Assembly (NCBI GenBank): GCA_039812785.1 | Contig: JBDIBE010000001.1 | Span: 1-35,424, forward strand | DNA: 35,424 nt | From: Thermoanaerobaculia bacterium | GTDB taxonomy: Bacteria; Acidobacteriota; Thermoanaerobaculia; UBA5066 | Direction of reading: 5' to 3' | In this document: positions 8,700 through 18,265 of the stretch, one piece after another | Position numbering within the stretch: the stretch's first letter is position 1 | Layout of the letters: every line of letters starts with the position of its first letter | The notes under the pieces: model-generated | The model's database searches: none | What the model was told of the DNA's origin: nothing | Seen by the model: only the letters and a program-made list of their open reading frames with translations | Program-made: the position numbers and the translations under genes

Positions 8700-9662
8700 G
8701 TGAGCGTCGACAATCGTTTCGAGGAGCCGCTCGAGCGGCTCCGTGCGCGGATCGACGGCCTGCGGCAGAGCCCCGAGAGCCCGGCCCGCGACAAGGCGAT
8801 CCGCAAGCACTCCGAGCGCCTCCGGAAGCTGGCCGGCGAGATCTACGCGAACCTCACCCCCTGGCAGAAGACCCTCGTCGCGAGGCACCCCGCACGGCCC
8901 TTCACGCTCGACTACGTGAGGGTCCTCCTGCGCGACTTCGTCGAGCTCCACGGCGACCGCGCCTACGCGGACGACCCGGCGATCGTCGCCGGCTTCGGCA
9001 TCCTCGGAGAACGCACGGTCGCCGTCGTCGGGCACCAGAAGGGGCGCGACACGAAGGAGAAGATCCGCAGGAACTTCGGGATGCCGCGGCCCGAGGGGTA
9101 TCGCAAGGCGCTCCGCGTCATGAAGCTCGCCGAGAAGTTCCGGCGACCCGTCCTCGCCTTCATCGACACGCAGGGGGCCTATCCCGGCGTCGACAGCGAG
9201 GAGCGCGGGGTCTCCGAGGCGATCGCGACGAACCTCCTCGAGATGTCCCGGCTGCGCGTCCCGATCGTCTCGACGGTCATCGGCGAAGGCGGCTCGGGAG
9301 GCGCTCTCGGGATCGGCGTGACGGACGCGATCCTGATGCTCGAGCACTCGGTCTATTCCGTCATCTCGCCCGAGGGCTGTGCCGCGATCCTCTGGAAGGA
9401 CCAGGCCAAGGCGCGCGAGGCGGCGGAGGCCATGAGGATCACCGCCGCCGACTGCAAGGCCCTCGGGGTCGCCGACGAGGTGATCCCGGAGCCGCCGGGA
9501 GGAGCGCACTCCGACCCGGTCGCCGCGATCGACGCCGTCGGCCGCGCCCTGGCCCGCCACCTCGACCGCCTCTCGGCGCTTCCGATCGACGCCCTCCTCG
9601 AGGCCCGCTACGCGAAGTTCCGACGCATGGGAGCCTGGGAGGGGTCGGCGGCCACCCGGTGA
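8700..9662 (+). CDS. accA: Acetyl-CoA carboxylase carboxyltransferase subunit alpha
   Basis: It is colinear with AccA from the first residues (FEEPLERLRARID) through HQKGRDTKEKIRRNFGMPRPEGYRKALR, GAYPGV and VIGEGGSGGAL to SVISPEGCAAILWK. Length is 320 aa. Confidence 0.95.
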   Translation: MSVDNRFEEPLERLRARIDGLRQSPESPARDKAIRKHSERLRKLAGEIYANLTPWQKTLVARHPARPFTLDYVRVLLRDFVELHGDRAYADDPAIVAGFGILGERTVAVVGHQKGRDTKEKIRRNFGMPRPEGYRKALRVMKLAEKFRRPVLAFIDTQGAYPGVDSEERGVSEAIATNLLEMSRLRVPIVSTVIGEGGSGGALGIGVTDAILMLEHSVYSVISPEGCAAILWKDQAKAREAAEAMRITAADCKALGVADEVIPEPPGGAHSDPVAAIDAVGRALARHLDRLSALPIDALLEARYAKFRRMGAWEGSAATR

Positions 9663-11419
9663 CCCCGGCCTTCCCGCCGCCCCGAGTCACGCGCTCCCTC
9701 CGTCCCCAGGACCCGGAGGGCGCCACCCGCCTCTCCGCGGCCCTCGCGATCCCTCCCGCCCTCGCGCGCGTCCTCGCGGCGCGGGGGATCGCCGATCCCG
9801 GCGAGGCGCGCCGCTGGCTCGACCCTCGCCCCGAGGCGCTCCACGACCCGTTCGGCATGGGCGGGATGACCGAGGCCGTCGAGCTCCTCGCGGCGACGGC
9901 GCGGCGCGGCGGGCGCGTCGTCGTCTTCGGCGACTACGACTGCGACGGGATCGGGGCGCTCGCGATCCTGACGACGACCCTGAAGAAGCTCGGCGCCGAC
10001 GCCGTCCCGTTCGTCCCGCACCGGATCCGCGACGGCTACGGGCTGCGCTCCGCCACGCTCCTCCGCGTCCTCGAGGAGCACGCCCCGGAGGGGATCGTCA
10101 CCGTCGACTGCGGCATCACGGCCGTCGACCCGGTCCGCGAGGCGGTCTCGCGCGGCGTCTACGTCGTCGTGACGGACCACCACCTCCCGGCGGAGGAGCT
10201 GCCCCAGGGCGCGGTCCTCCTCAACCCGCGCATCCCGGGCTGCCCCTATCCCTTCAAGGAGCTCGCCGGGGCCGGCCTCGCCTGGAAGCTCTCGGAGGCG
10301 CTCCTGCGCGCCGACGGCGCCCGGGCCGGCGTCCCGGCGGGCTCCGTGCGGGCGTGGATGGCCTCGCTCGCGAAGGTGGCGGCGCTCTCGACGATCGCCG
10401 ACATGGTCCCGCTCACGGGCGAGAACCGCGTCCTGACCGCCTGGGGCCTGGCCGGGCTCGCCGAGCCGCGCTCGCCGGGGCTCACGGCGCTCCTCTCGCG
10501 CTGCTCGGTGCGCGCGGGGAAGAGCCCGTCCGTCCACGACGTCGCCTTCCGCATCGCACCGCGCCTCAATGCCTCGGGCCGGATCGACCACGCCTTCCGC
10601 GCCCTCGAGCTCCTGACGACCGCCGACGCCGAACGCGCCGTCGCGCTCGCGGACGAGATCGAGGCGGCGAACACGGAGCGCAGGCGCCTCCAGGAGCGCG
10701 TCGTCGAGGCGGCGCTCGCGCGCCTCGCGAGGACGTTCGACGCCGGGCGCGACGCGCTCGTCGTCGAGGCGGGGACCCCGGCCGAGGGGTGGCACCGCGG
10801 CGTCCTCGGGATCGCCGCTTCGAAGGTGGCGCAGGAGCTCTCGCGCCCCGTGCTCCTTCTCGCGCGCGAGGACGGGCGGGTCGGCGGGAGCGGCCGATCC
10901 TTCGGCCGGACGCCGCTCCACGAGCGGATCGCACCCGTCGCGCGGCGGCACGGAGCGGAGTTCGGGGGGCACCACGCGGCGATCGGGCTCTCCGTCGCCG
11001 CGGAGCGCTACGAGGCGTTCCGGGAGGACGCACGCGCCGCCTTCGCGGCCGCGCGCGACGACGGGGAGTGGAGCGTCGAGTACGCGGCGGACGCGGAGCT
11101 CTCCCCCGGCGAGGTGACGGACGAGGTCGTCTCCGCGCTCGCGCGGCTCGAGCCGCACGGGATGGGGAACCCGCGCCCGCTCTTCCTCCTGCGCGGCCTC
11201 GCCTGGGACGGCCGGGGAAAGCCGGTCGGCGAGAAGGGCCTGCGCCTCTCCCTCGAGGGGGACGGCCTCCGCCTCGAGGCCGTCGGCTGGTCGCTCGCGA
11301 CGATCCCCCCCGCCGAACGGCGGGGCCGCTGGGACGTCCTCGCGAACGTCGCGCACGACGCGTTCCTCGGACGCCCGGGACTGACCGTCCTCGACGCGGT
11401 CTGCTCGGAGGCCGCGTGA
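9659..11419 (+). CDS. recJ: Single-stranded-DNA-specific exonuclease RecJ
   Basis: DHH-family motifs VVVFGDYDCDGIGA, TVDCGI and VVVTDHH, plus DHHA1-type GGHHAAIGLS. The GTG start overlaps the accA stop. Confidence 0.92.
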   Translation: MTPAFPPPRVTRSLRPQDPEGATRLSAALAIPPALARVLAARGIADPGEARRWLDPRPEALHDPFGMGGMTEAVELLAATARRGGRVVVFGDYDCDGIGALAILTTTLKKLGADAVPFVPHRIRDGYGLRSATLLRVLEEHAPEGIVTVDCGITAVDPVREAVSRGVYVVVTDHHLPAEELPQGAVLLNPRIPGCPYPFKELAGAGLAWKLSEALLRADGARAGVPAGSVRAWMASLAKVAALSTIADMVPLTGENRVLTAWGLAGLAEPRSPGLTALLSRCSVRAGKSPSVHDVAFRIAPRLNASGRIDHAFRALELLTTADAERAVALADEIEAANTERRRLQERVVEAALARLARTFDAGRDALVVEAGTPAEGWHRGVLGIAASKVAQELSRPVLLLAREDGRVGGSGRSFGRTPLHERIAPVARRHGAEFGGHHAAIGLSVAAERYEAFREDARAAFAAARDDGEWSVEYAADAELSPGEVTDEVVSALARLEPHGMGNPRPLFLLRGLAWDGRGKPVGEKGLRLSLEGDGLRLEAVGWSLATIPPAERRGRWDVLANVAHDAFLGRPGLTVLDAVCSEAA

Positions 11420-13422
11420 CGGGCGCGACCCGAAGGATCGTCCGCCGCGCTCTCGCTCTCCTCGCGCTCGCGGGGTTCCCGCTCCTCGTGGCGGTCCTCT
11501 ACCGCCCTTCCGGAGCGCGCACCGCCGAGGCCCGCCGCGAGATCGCCGAGACGCTCCGGAGCGAGTCGGGGGGCGTGCGGGACCGCCTCCGCTTCGAGGA
11601 TTTCGACTATTCGGAGAGCGAAGGGAACGCGGAGGTCTACCGCCTCCGCGCCGCCGAGGCGATCGCCTTCGCGGACGGCTCGGACCGGACGTTCCGCCTC
11701 AAGGACGTCACTTTCGTGACCCGCGACGCGAAGTCGGGCAGGACCGCTCTGCTCGAGGCGCCGCGCGCCGAGTTCGTCCCGGCGACGAAGGGCTTCCGGG
11801 TCTTCGACGGCGTGAGGATCGACGGGGAGGGGGTCGGAATCCGGAGCCCGTCGTTCCAGTACGACCCCGTGAGGAAGGTCCTCGTCTCGGAAGGGGAGAT
11901 CACCGCTCTCTCCGAGGGCCTTTTCGCGCGGGCGCGACAGGGGACGGTCGAGTCGGCGGCGGGCGTCGTCCGGTTTCGCGGGGACGTCCGCGTGGGCGGC
12001 GAGGACGGCCGGGGACGGCGGCTCGCGATGACGGCCGACGAGGTCGACCTGCGGCGCGGCGGCTCGCTCTCGGCCCGCGGCGCCGTGGTCCTGAAGGCCG
12101 ACGAGCTGGTCCTTCGCGGCGCGGAGGCCGAGCGAGAGGCGGGCCCCGAGGGCGACCACCTCGTCGCGCGCGGCACGGTGACGGCGCTCCTCGTCCCGGG
12201 CGAGGAAAAGGGTCCGCGCGTCCCCGTCCTCGCCCGGGGCGATTCGGCCGAGCTCGACCGGGATGCGAATGGAGAGCCCGGCCGCCTGCGGCTCGCTGGG
12301 AAGCCCGCGCGTATCGACCTCCCGCCGGAGGGGGCGAGCGGCTCGAGGAGGGCCGTCTCGGAGCTCTTCGAGGTGGCGCTCGCCGGCGGCAGGCCGTCCC
12401 GCGTGACGGTCCCCGGGCCGCTCTCGCTCGTCGAGTCGCCCCCGCGCCGCGAGCCCCCGCAGGAGCCGGGCGCCCTCCGCCTCGTCACGGCGGGCAGCGG
12501 GCAGCTCGGCTTCGCGGCGGACGGGACGACGATCGAGACCGCCGTCCTCGAAGGAGGCGTCTCCGCGTCGGAAGGGACGACGACCTCGATCCGGGCGCCG
12601 CGCGCCACGCTCCGCGGCGAGGACCAGAGCGCCGTCTTCTCGGGAACGGGAGCGGAGCCGGCCCGGTACGAGGACCCGAAGGCACGCGTCTCGGCGACGG
12701 TCCTCACCTGGTTTCGGAAGGAGGAGCGGATCGAGGGAGCCGGCAACGTGAAGACCTCGTTCCGCGGCCGTGAGGGGACGGAGATCCTCGGCGGAAACGG
12801 AAACTCTCCCGTCTTCTCGGAATCGGACTTCCTCCGGGTGACGGCGAAGGACCGCAAGGTCCTCCTGACGGGAAACGTCACCGCGTGGCAGGAGGAAAAC
12901 GTCCTTCGCGCGCAGACGCTGAAGATCGACGACCGCGACCGCTCGCTGCGCGCCGAGGGGGGAGTCCGGGCCGTCCTCCGGCGCCGACGCGTCGACCTGA
13001 AGTCGAAGGCGACGGTCCTCGAGACGATCACCGCCTCCGGCACCGTCCTGACGCACCGGGAGGACGAGCGCCTCGTGAGGATCGAAGGCGCTTCGAGCGT
13101 CGTGTCCGGGAACTGGGTCATGCGCGCCGACGTCACGGACGTCGTCCTCGGCCCGGATCGGACGATCGACCACGCCGAGGCGCGCGGGAACGTCGTCATC
13201 GAGGACCGCTCCGACGGGCGGCGAGGCGAGGGGTCGAAGGCGGTCTGGCGCCCGCAGGCCGAGTCGATCTCGCTCGAGGGGCGCCCCGCGACGGCGCTCG
13301 ACGGCAAGGGGAACCGGATGACCGGCGCCCTCCTGACCTTCCAGCGGGGAACCGGCCGGGTCGACGTGGAGACCGGGCCCGGGATCCCGAGCCAGGGAAT
13401 CATCCGACCGGAGGGAACGTGA
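11416..13422 (+). CDS. LptC-like membrane anchor fused to several OstA/LptA-like beta-jellyroll modules (periplasmic LPS-transport bridge protein)
   Basis: The GTG at 11416 overlaps the recJ stop. There is an N-terminal TM segment [20 protein letters not shown], and the gene sits immediately upstream of, and overlapping, lptB. OstA-like strings recur: [22 protein letters not shown]; [11 protein letters not shown]...[10 protein letters not shown]; [25 protein letters not shown]; [30 protein letters not shown]...[17 protein letters not shown]. The domain count is unverified. Confidence 0.7.
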   Translation: MTGATRRIVRRALALLALAGFPLLVAVLYRPSGARTAEARREIAETLRSESGGVRDRLRFEDFDYSESEGNAEVYRLRAAEAIAFADGSDRTFRLKDVTFVTRDAKSGRTALLEAPRAEFVPATKGFRVFDGVRIDGEGVGIRSPSFQYDPVRKVLVSEGEITALSEGLFARARQGTVESAAGVVRFRGDVRVGGEDGRGRRLAMTADEVDLRRGGSLSARGAVVLKADELVLRGAEAEREAGPEGDHLVARGTVTALLVPGEEKGPRVPVLARGDSAELDRDANGEPGRLRLAGKPARIDLPPEGASGSRRAVSELFEVALAGGRPSRVTVPGPLSLVESPPRREPPQEPGALRLVTAGSGQLGFAADGTTIETAVLEGGVSASEGTTTSIRAPRATLRGEDQSAVFSGTGAEPARYEDPKARVSATVLTWFRKEERIEGAGNVKTSFRGREGTEILGGNGNSPVFSESDFLRVTAKDRKVLLTGNVTAWQEENVLRAQTLKIDDRDRSLRAEGGVRAVLRRRRVDLKSKATVLETITASGTVLTHREDERLVRIEGASSVVSGNWVMRADVTDVVLGPDRTIDHAEARGNVVIEDRSDGRRGEGSKAVWRPQAESISLEGRPATALDGKGNRMTGALLTFQRGTGRVDVETGPGIPSQGIIRPEGT

Positions 13423-14156
13423 GCGAAACGCGACCGCGGCTCTCGGCCGAGGGGCTGAGGAAGAGCTACCGGGGGCGCACCGTCGTCGACGGCGTCTCCC
13501 TCCACGTCGAAGCGGGCGAGGTCGTCGGCCTGCTCGGCCCGAACGGCGCGGGAAAGACGACGACGTTCTCGATCGTCGTCGGCCTCGTCGAGCCCGACGG
13601 CGGGCAGGTCCTCCTCGGGGAGGAGGAGATCACCGAGCTCCCGATGTTCCGTCGGGCCCGCCAGGGAGTCGGGTACCTCCCGCAGGAGGCGTCCGTCTTC
13701 CGGAAGATGACGGCCCTCGAGAACCTCGTCGCGATCCTCGAGACCCTCCCGCTCTCGCGGAACGAGCGGCTCGAGCGCGCACACGAGCTGCTCGACCGAT
13801 TCAAGCTCCCGCACCTCTCGTCCTCGGTCGCCGACACGCTCTCGGGGGGCGAGCGGCGGCGGCTCGAGATCGCCCGGGCGCTCACGCTCTCGCCGCGATT
13901 CCTCCTCCTCGACGAGCCGTTCGCCGGGATCGACCCGATCACCGTCCTCGACCTTCAGCACGTGATCCGGGAGCTCGCGACCTCGGGGATCGGCATCCTC
14001 ATCACCGACCACAACGTCCGCGACACGCTCGCGATCGTCGATCGCGGCTACATCATCAATGCCGGGAAGATCTTCCGGACGGGCTCTCCCCGATCCCTCT
14101 CCGAAGACCCCGAAGTGCGTCGGGTCTACCTCGGGGACCGCTTCCGGCTGGACTAG
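13419..14156 (+). CDS. lptB: LPS export ABC transporter ATP-binding protein LptB
   Basis: This is the C-terminal 245 aa of track ORF 12885..14156: [67 protein letters not shown] and the LptB-type tail VRRVYLG. It lies directly upstream of rpoN, as in many diderms. Confidence 0.93.
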   Translation: MSETRPRLSAEGLRKSYRGRTVVDGVSLHVEAGEVVGLLGPNGAGKTTTFSIVVGLVEPDGGQVLLGEEEITELPMFRRARQGVGYLPQEASVFRKMTALENLVAILETLPLSRNERLERAHELLDRFKLPHLSSSVADTLSGGERRRLEIARALTLSPRFLLLDEPFAGIDPITVLDLQHVIRELATSGIGILITDHNVRDTLAIVDRGYIINAGKIFRTGSPRSLSEDPEVRRVYLGDRFRLD

Positions 14157-14159
14157 AAT
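14154..14159 (+). promoter_or_regulatory. -10-like hexamer TAGAAT overlapping the lptB stop codon, 38 nt upstream of rpoN
   Basis: This AT-rich hexamer sits in a GC-rich 41-nt spacer and I saw no convincing -35. It is speculative. Confidence 0.15.
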
Positions 14160-14197
14160 CGCAGGAGAGATCAGGCGCTCCCGGCGCGCTTCAGAAC

Positions 14198-15799
14198 GTG
14201 GGACTCGAACAGAAGCTCTCCCTCAAGCTCTCGCAGCGGCTCGTCATGACGCCGTCGCTGCAGCAGGCGATCAAGCTGCTGCAGATGACGCGCCTGGAGC
14301 TGCAGGACGTCGTCAACCAGGAGATCGTCGCGAACCCCGTCCTCGAGGAGGACGACGTCTCGGAGGCCCCGGCGTCCGCGGAGGCCGAGGAGCCCTCGGC
14401 CCCCCGCGAGGCCGCTGAAGCCCCGGAGGCGGGGGACCGGTCCGGCGACGGAGGCGAGGCGACCGACGTCTCCGCCGCGTCCCACTGGGACGAAGGCCTC
14501 GCCGCGTCGGCCGACGCGGCGCCGCCGCTCCCGGCGCCCGGAACGGCCGAGGCCGAGATCCCCGCCCAGTCGACCCAGGAGAACTTCGAGGCGATCGACC
14601 TCGAGGCCTACTTCGGCGACTACCTCGAAGGCTCGAGCTCGACGGCCCCGCGAATGGACGAGGAGGGCGAGGAGTACTCGCTCGAGAACCGGGCCGAGGC
14701 GCCTCCCGGGCTCGACGCCCACCTCGCCGAGCAGCTCGGGGTCTCGGAAGCGAGCGGGCCCGTCCGCGAGGCATGCGGCTTCATGATCGGGAACCTCGAC
14801 GCCGACGGCTATCTCCGCGTGACGCTCGACGAGGTGAGCGCGGCGATCCCGTGCAGCGAGGAGGAGGCGCTCCGGGCGCTCGAGCTCCTGCAGTCGTTCG
14901 ACCCGACCGGGGTCGGCGCCCGGGACCTCGCCGAGTGCCTGATGATCCAGGCCCGCGCCCTCGGCGTCGCAACGGTGCTCCTCGAGGAGCTCGTGACGCA
15001 CCGCCTCGCCGACCTCGCGAGCAAGGCGGTCCCCGTCCTGGCGCGGCAGATGGCGACGACGCCCGAGGAGCTCCAGCAGGCGATCGACCTCCTGAAGCGG
15101 CTCGACCCGAAGCCCGGCCGCCGCTACGACTCGAGCCGGACGATCTACGTCGAGCCGGACGTCCAGGTCGTCAAGGTCGACGACGACTACGTCGTCCTCT
15201 TCAACGACGACGGCCTCCCGCGCCTCAGGGTCTCGCCCTTCTACAGGCGGCTCCTGGTGGCCGGCAACGGCGCCCTCGACGGCGACGGCCGGAGCTACCT
15301 TCGGGAGAAGATGCGGGCGGCGCAGTGGCTCATGAAGAGCCTCGACCAGCGAAAGAGGACGATCGTCCGCGTCGCCGAGTCGATCGTCCGCAAGCAGCGC
15401 GACTTCCTCGACTGGGGCGTCGCGCACCTGAAGCCCCTCATCCTCCGCGACGTCGCCGACGACATCGGGATGCACGAGTCGACCGTCTCCCGCGTCGTCT
15501 CGAACAAGTGGATGGCGACCCCGCGGGGCCTCCTCCCCATGAAGTTCTTCTTCCACTCGGCGATCAGCTCCTCGGCCGGGGAGGACGTCTCCTCCCTCGC
15601 GGTCAAGGGAAAGATCAAAGCCCTCGTCGACGCCGAGGACTCGGCCAACCCCCTCTCCGACGCGCGTCTCTCGGAGCTCCTGGCGCGCGAAGGGATCCGC
15701 ATCGCCCGCCGCACGGTGGCGAAGTACCGCGAGGAGCTCCACATCCCCTCCAGCTCCATCCGGAAGGTGGAGCGCAGCCCGGCCGGGTCGCCGGACTGA
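14198..15799 (+). CDS. rpoN: RNA polymerase sigma-54 factor
   Basis: N-terminal region I (LSLKLSQRLVMTPSLQQAIKLLQMTRLEL), an acidic linker, a core-binding region, an HTH, and the RpoN box ARRTVAKYRE near the C-terminus. Confidence 0.95.
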   Translation: MGLEQKLSLKLSQRLVMTPSLQQAIKLLQMTRLELQDVVNQEIVANPVLEEDDVSEAPASAEAEEPSAPREAAEAPEAGDRSGDGGEATDVSAASHWDEGLAASADAAPPLPAPGTAEAEIPAQSTQENFEAIDLEAYFGDYLEGSSSTAPRMDEEGEEYSLENRAEAPPGLDAHLAEQLGVSEASGPVREACGFMIGNLDADGYLRVTLDEVSAAIPCSEEEALRALELLQSFDPTGVGARDLAECLMIQARALGVATVLLEELVTHRLADLASKAVPVLARQMATTPEELQQAIDLLKRLDPKPGRRYDSSRTIYVEPDVQVVKVDDDYVVLFNDDGLPRLRVSPFYRRLLVAGNGALDGDGRSYLREKMRAAQWLMKSLDQRKRTIVRVAESIVRKQRDFLDWGVAHLKPLILRDVADDIGMHESTVSRVVSNKWMATPRGLLPMKFFFHSAISSSAGEDVSSLAVKGKIKALVDAEDSANPLSDARLSELLAREGIRIARRTVAKYREELHIPSSSIRKVERSPAGSPD

Positions 15800-15829
15800 G
15801 CCCCGAACGACGCGTATCGAGGAGGCAGA

Positions 15830-16360
15830 ATGAAGATCGAACTCACGGCCCGGCGTCTCACCGTCGACGCGAAGACCAAGGACACGATCGAGAAGCGCCT
15901 CGAGAAGCTCTCGAAGGTCCTCCCGAGGGAGGCGGAGGCGAAGGTCGTCGTGCGCCTCGAGAAGAGGGGCGTCATCGTCGAGGTGACGATCACCGCCCGT
16001 CAGCGCACCTGGGCTGCCGAGGCCGTCGCCGAGGACCAGCTCACGGCCGCCCAGAACGCCCTCGACAAGATCGCCGCCCAGGCGAAGAAGACGAAGGCCC
16101 GCGTCAAGGAGGAGAAGAAGCACACCGTCTCAGCCGTGAGGAGCCCCGAGGCCGCCCTGCCGGCCGAGAAGCCGGCGGCCCGGGCGGGAGGGCCGCGCAC
16201 CGAGACCTACGAGGCGCGGCCGATGTTCGACGAGGACGCGCTCCACGCCTTCGACCGCGGCAAGCGGGAGGTCCTCGCCTACCGCGACCCGTCCGACATG
16301 CAGGTCCGCGTCCTCTACCGGAGGAAGGACGGCACGGTCGTCATCCTGAAGCCCGTCTGA
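15830..16360 (+). CDS. hpf: Ribosome hibernation promoting factor, long form (HPF/RaiA family)
   Basis: The MKIELTARRLTVDAKTKDTIEKRLEKL N-domain, a basic linker, and a C-terminal dimerisation domain (DEDALHAF...VLAYRD...VRVLYRRKDGTVVILKP). A strong SD, gaggagg, precedes the ATG. Its position after rpoN is conserved. Confidence 0.9.
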   Translation: MKIELTARRLTVDAKTKDTIEKRLEKLSKVLPREAEAKVVVRLEKRGVIVEVTITARQRTWAAEAVAEDQLTAAQNALDKIAAQAKKTKARVKEEKKHTVSAVRSPEAALPAEKPAARAGGPRTETYEARPMFDEDALHAFDRGKREVLAYRDPSDMQVRVLYRRKDGTVVILKPV

Positions 16361-16370
16361 GAATCACGGA

Positions 16371-17387
16371 ATGCTCCCGACGCCCCCCGAGACGAAGCCG
16401 CACGTCAGGGCGGCCGACCTCGAGTCGCCCGCCCTGGCGCCGCTCGGGCTGAAGCTCGTCTCGGGACGCGCCGGGCTCGACCGGCCGATCGAGTGGCCGA
16501 GGGTCCAGAAGCCCGGCCTCGCGATCGCCGGCTTCCTTCCGTACGTCCGGGCGCGGCGCGTCCAGATCCTCGGCGAGAGCGAGTTCGACTACCTGAAGAC
16601 GCTCTCTCCCAGGGTCGTGAAGGAGCGGTTCGACGCCTTCACCGCCCTCGGGATGTCGTGCGTCGTCGTCACGAAGGGGATCCGGCCGCCGGCCGTCCTT
16701 CGCCGCTTCTGCCAGGAGCGGGACGTCCCGCTCTTCGCGACGCCGCGCCTGACGAGCACCGTGATCGAGGGGCTGACCGCGTTCCTCGAGGAGTCGCTCG
16801 CCCCGAGGGTCACGCTTCACGGCGTCCTCGTCGAGGTGGGCGGCCTCGGGACCCTGCTCCTCGGCGACTCGGGCGTGGGCAAGAGCGAGTGCGCCCTCGC
16901 CCTCGTCCAGCGCGGCCACCGCCTCGTCGCCGACGACCTCGTCGTCGTCAAGCGCTTCCACAACGACGCCCTCGTCGGCTCCTCCGCCGGAGTGATCCGG
17001 CACCACATGGAGCTGCGCGGCCTCGGGATCGTCAACGTGCCGCTCCTCTTCGGGGTCGCCGCGGTCCTCGAGCGCCACACGGTCGAGCTCGTCATCCGCC
17101 TGTCGCACTGGGTCGAGGGGGTGGAGTACGACCGCCTCGGCCTCGACGAGGAGACGGAGACGATCCTCGGCGTCGCCGTACCGCTCGTGAGGATGCCGGT
17201 CGCCACGGGGCGCGACGTCGCGCTCCTCGTCGAGATCGCCGCGCGCAACCACCTGCTGAAGCGGCGCGGATACAACGCGGCGCGGGAGATGGCCGCCCGC
17301 GTCCACGAGGAGATCGCCCGCCGTTCCGGCGCCGACCGGGACCGCCGGCGGGCGCCGCGCCGCGCGCGGCGGACGCGGGACGCATGA
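16371..17387 (+). CDS. hprK: HPr kinase/phosphorylase
   Basis: HGVLVEVGGLGTLLLGDSGVGKSECALALVQRGHRLVADD (P-loop plus signature), and ELRGLGI. There is an Arg-rich C-terminal tail. Confidence 0.92.
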   Translation: MLPTPPETKPHVRAADLESPALAPLGLKLVSGRAGLDRPIEWPRVQKPGLAIAGFLPYVRARRVQILGESEFDYLKTLSPRVVKERFDAFTALGMSCVVVTKGIRPPAVLRRFCQERDVPLFATPRLTSTVIEGLTAFLEESLAPRVTLHGVLVEVGGLGTLLLGDSGVGKSECALALVQRGHRLVADDLVVVKRFHNDALVGSSAGVIRHHMELRGLGIVNVPLLFGVAAVLERHTVELVIRLSHWVEGVEYDRLGLDEETETILGVAVPLVRMPVATGRDVALLVEIAARNHLLKRRGYNAAREMAARVHEEIARRSGADRDRRRAPRRARRTRDA

Positions 17388-18265
17388 GCGAGACGACGAC
17401 CGAAACGAGGCTCCTCGTCGTCACCGGGCTCTCGGGCTCGGGGAAGTCGTACGCGGCGCACGCCCTCGAGGACATCGGATACAACACGATCGACAACCTC
17501 CCGCTCTCCCTCCTCCCGGAGTTCGTCCGGGAAATGGCCGCGGGGAAGGGGGCGGCGGGGAGGACAGCCGTCGTCCTCGACGTGCGGAACCCGGGGTTCG
17601 CCGACGCCTTCCCGACGCTCCTCGTCGAGTTCCGCCGGCTGATGCCCGTCACCGTCGTCTTCCTCGACGCGGACGACGCGACGATCCTCCGCCGCTTTTC
17701 GGAGACACGGCGGCCCCATCCGCTCGCCCACGACCGGACTCTCGCCGATGCCGTCTCCTTCGAGCGGAAGCTCCTGGCCGAGGTGAGGGAGAAGGCCGAC
17801 CTCGTCCTCGACACGACGGCGATGACGGTTCACGAGCTCCGGTCCGTCCTCGCCGAGCACTTTCGCGCCCCGGGAGACCCTGGCGTCCTCGCCGTCTCCA
17901 TCGTCTCGTTCGGCTTCAAGCACGGGGTTCCCCCCTCGATCGACCTCTGCTTCGACGTCCGCTTCCTCGCGAACCCGCACTTCGTGCCCGAGCTTCGCCC
18001 GCGGACGGGGCGAGACCCCGACGTCGCGCGGTTCATCGAGGAAGGGAGCGCGACCGGCCCGTTCTACGGGCGGCTCCTCGATTTCCTCCTCTACTGCCTC
18101 CCGAACTACCGGCGCGAGAACCGCGCCTACCTCACGATCGGCGTCGGGTGCACGGGGGGCCGCCACCGCTCCGTCTACGTCGCCGAGCGCCTCGGGCGCG
18201 ACCTGAGCGCGGCCGGCTACCCGGTCCGCATCGCGCACCGGGACGACACCCGGGAAGGACCATGA
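17384..18265 (+). CDS. rapZ: RNase adapter / nucleotide-binding protein RapZ (YvcJ family)
   Basis: This is the C-terminal 293 aa of track ORF 16493..18265: LLVVTGLSGSGKSYAAHALEDIGYNTIDNLP, FGFKHG, DVRFLANPHF, GCTGGRHRSV. The ATG at 17384 overlaps the hprK stop (ATGA). Confidence 0.92.
   Translation: MSETTTETRLLVVTGLSGSGKSYAAHALEDIGYNTIDNLPLSLLPEFVREMAAGKGAAGRTAVVLDVRNPGFADAFPTLLVEFRRLMPVTVVFLDADDATILRRFSETRRPHPLAHDRTLADAVSFERKLLAEVREKADLVLDTTAMTVHELRSVLAEHFRAPGDPGVLAVSIVSFGFKHGVPPSIDLCFDVRFLANPHFVPELRPRTGRDPDVARFIEEGSATGPFYGRLLDFLLYCLPNYRRENRAYLTIGVGCTGGRHRSVYVAERLGRDLSAAGYPVRIAHRDDTREGP

Noticed and set aside
6113-8806. 897-aa ORF on the minus strand, the second-longest 'protein' in this part of the window
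   Set aside because: It lies exactly antisense to priA, whose motifs are unambiguous. Its translation is dominated by R/G/E/A/P/L runs with no recognisable domain. Long open antisense frames are expected at this GC content because stop codons are AT-rich.
11008-14012. Two long minus-strand ORFs (11008..13173, 721 aa; 11637..14012, 791 aa)
   Set aside because: They are antisense or off-frame to the Lpt bridge gene and lptB. Their composition is Arg/Pro/Ser/Gly-biased, and the plus-strand genes carry clear family motifs.
14163-14169. Strong SD-like AGGAGAG in the lptB-rpoN spacer
   Set aside because: It lies 29 nt upstream of the rpoN GTG, and no ATG/GTG/TTG occurs at SD distance in any frame that continues into a gene. 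The rpoN start at 14198 is fixed by homology of the N-terminus.
14171-16123. 650-aa minus-strand ORF opposite rpoN and hpf, and 559-aa plus-strand ORF 14773..16452
   Set aside because: They are off-frame or antisense to genes with unmistakable sigma-54 and HPF motifs, and their sequence is low-complexity and Arg/Gly/Pro-rich.
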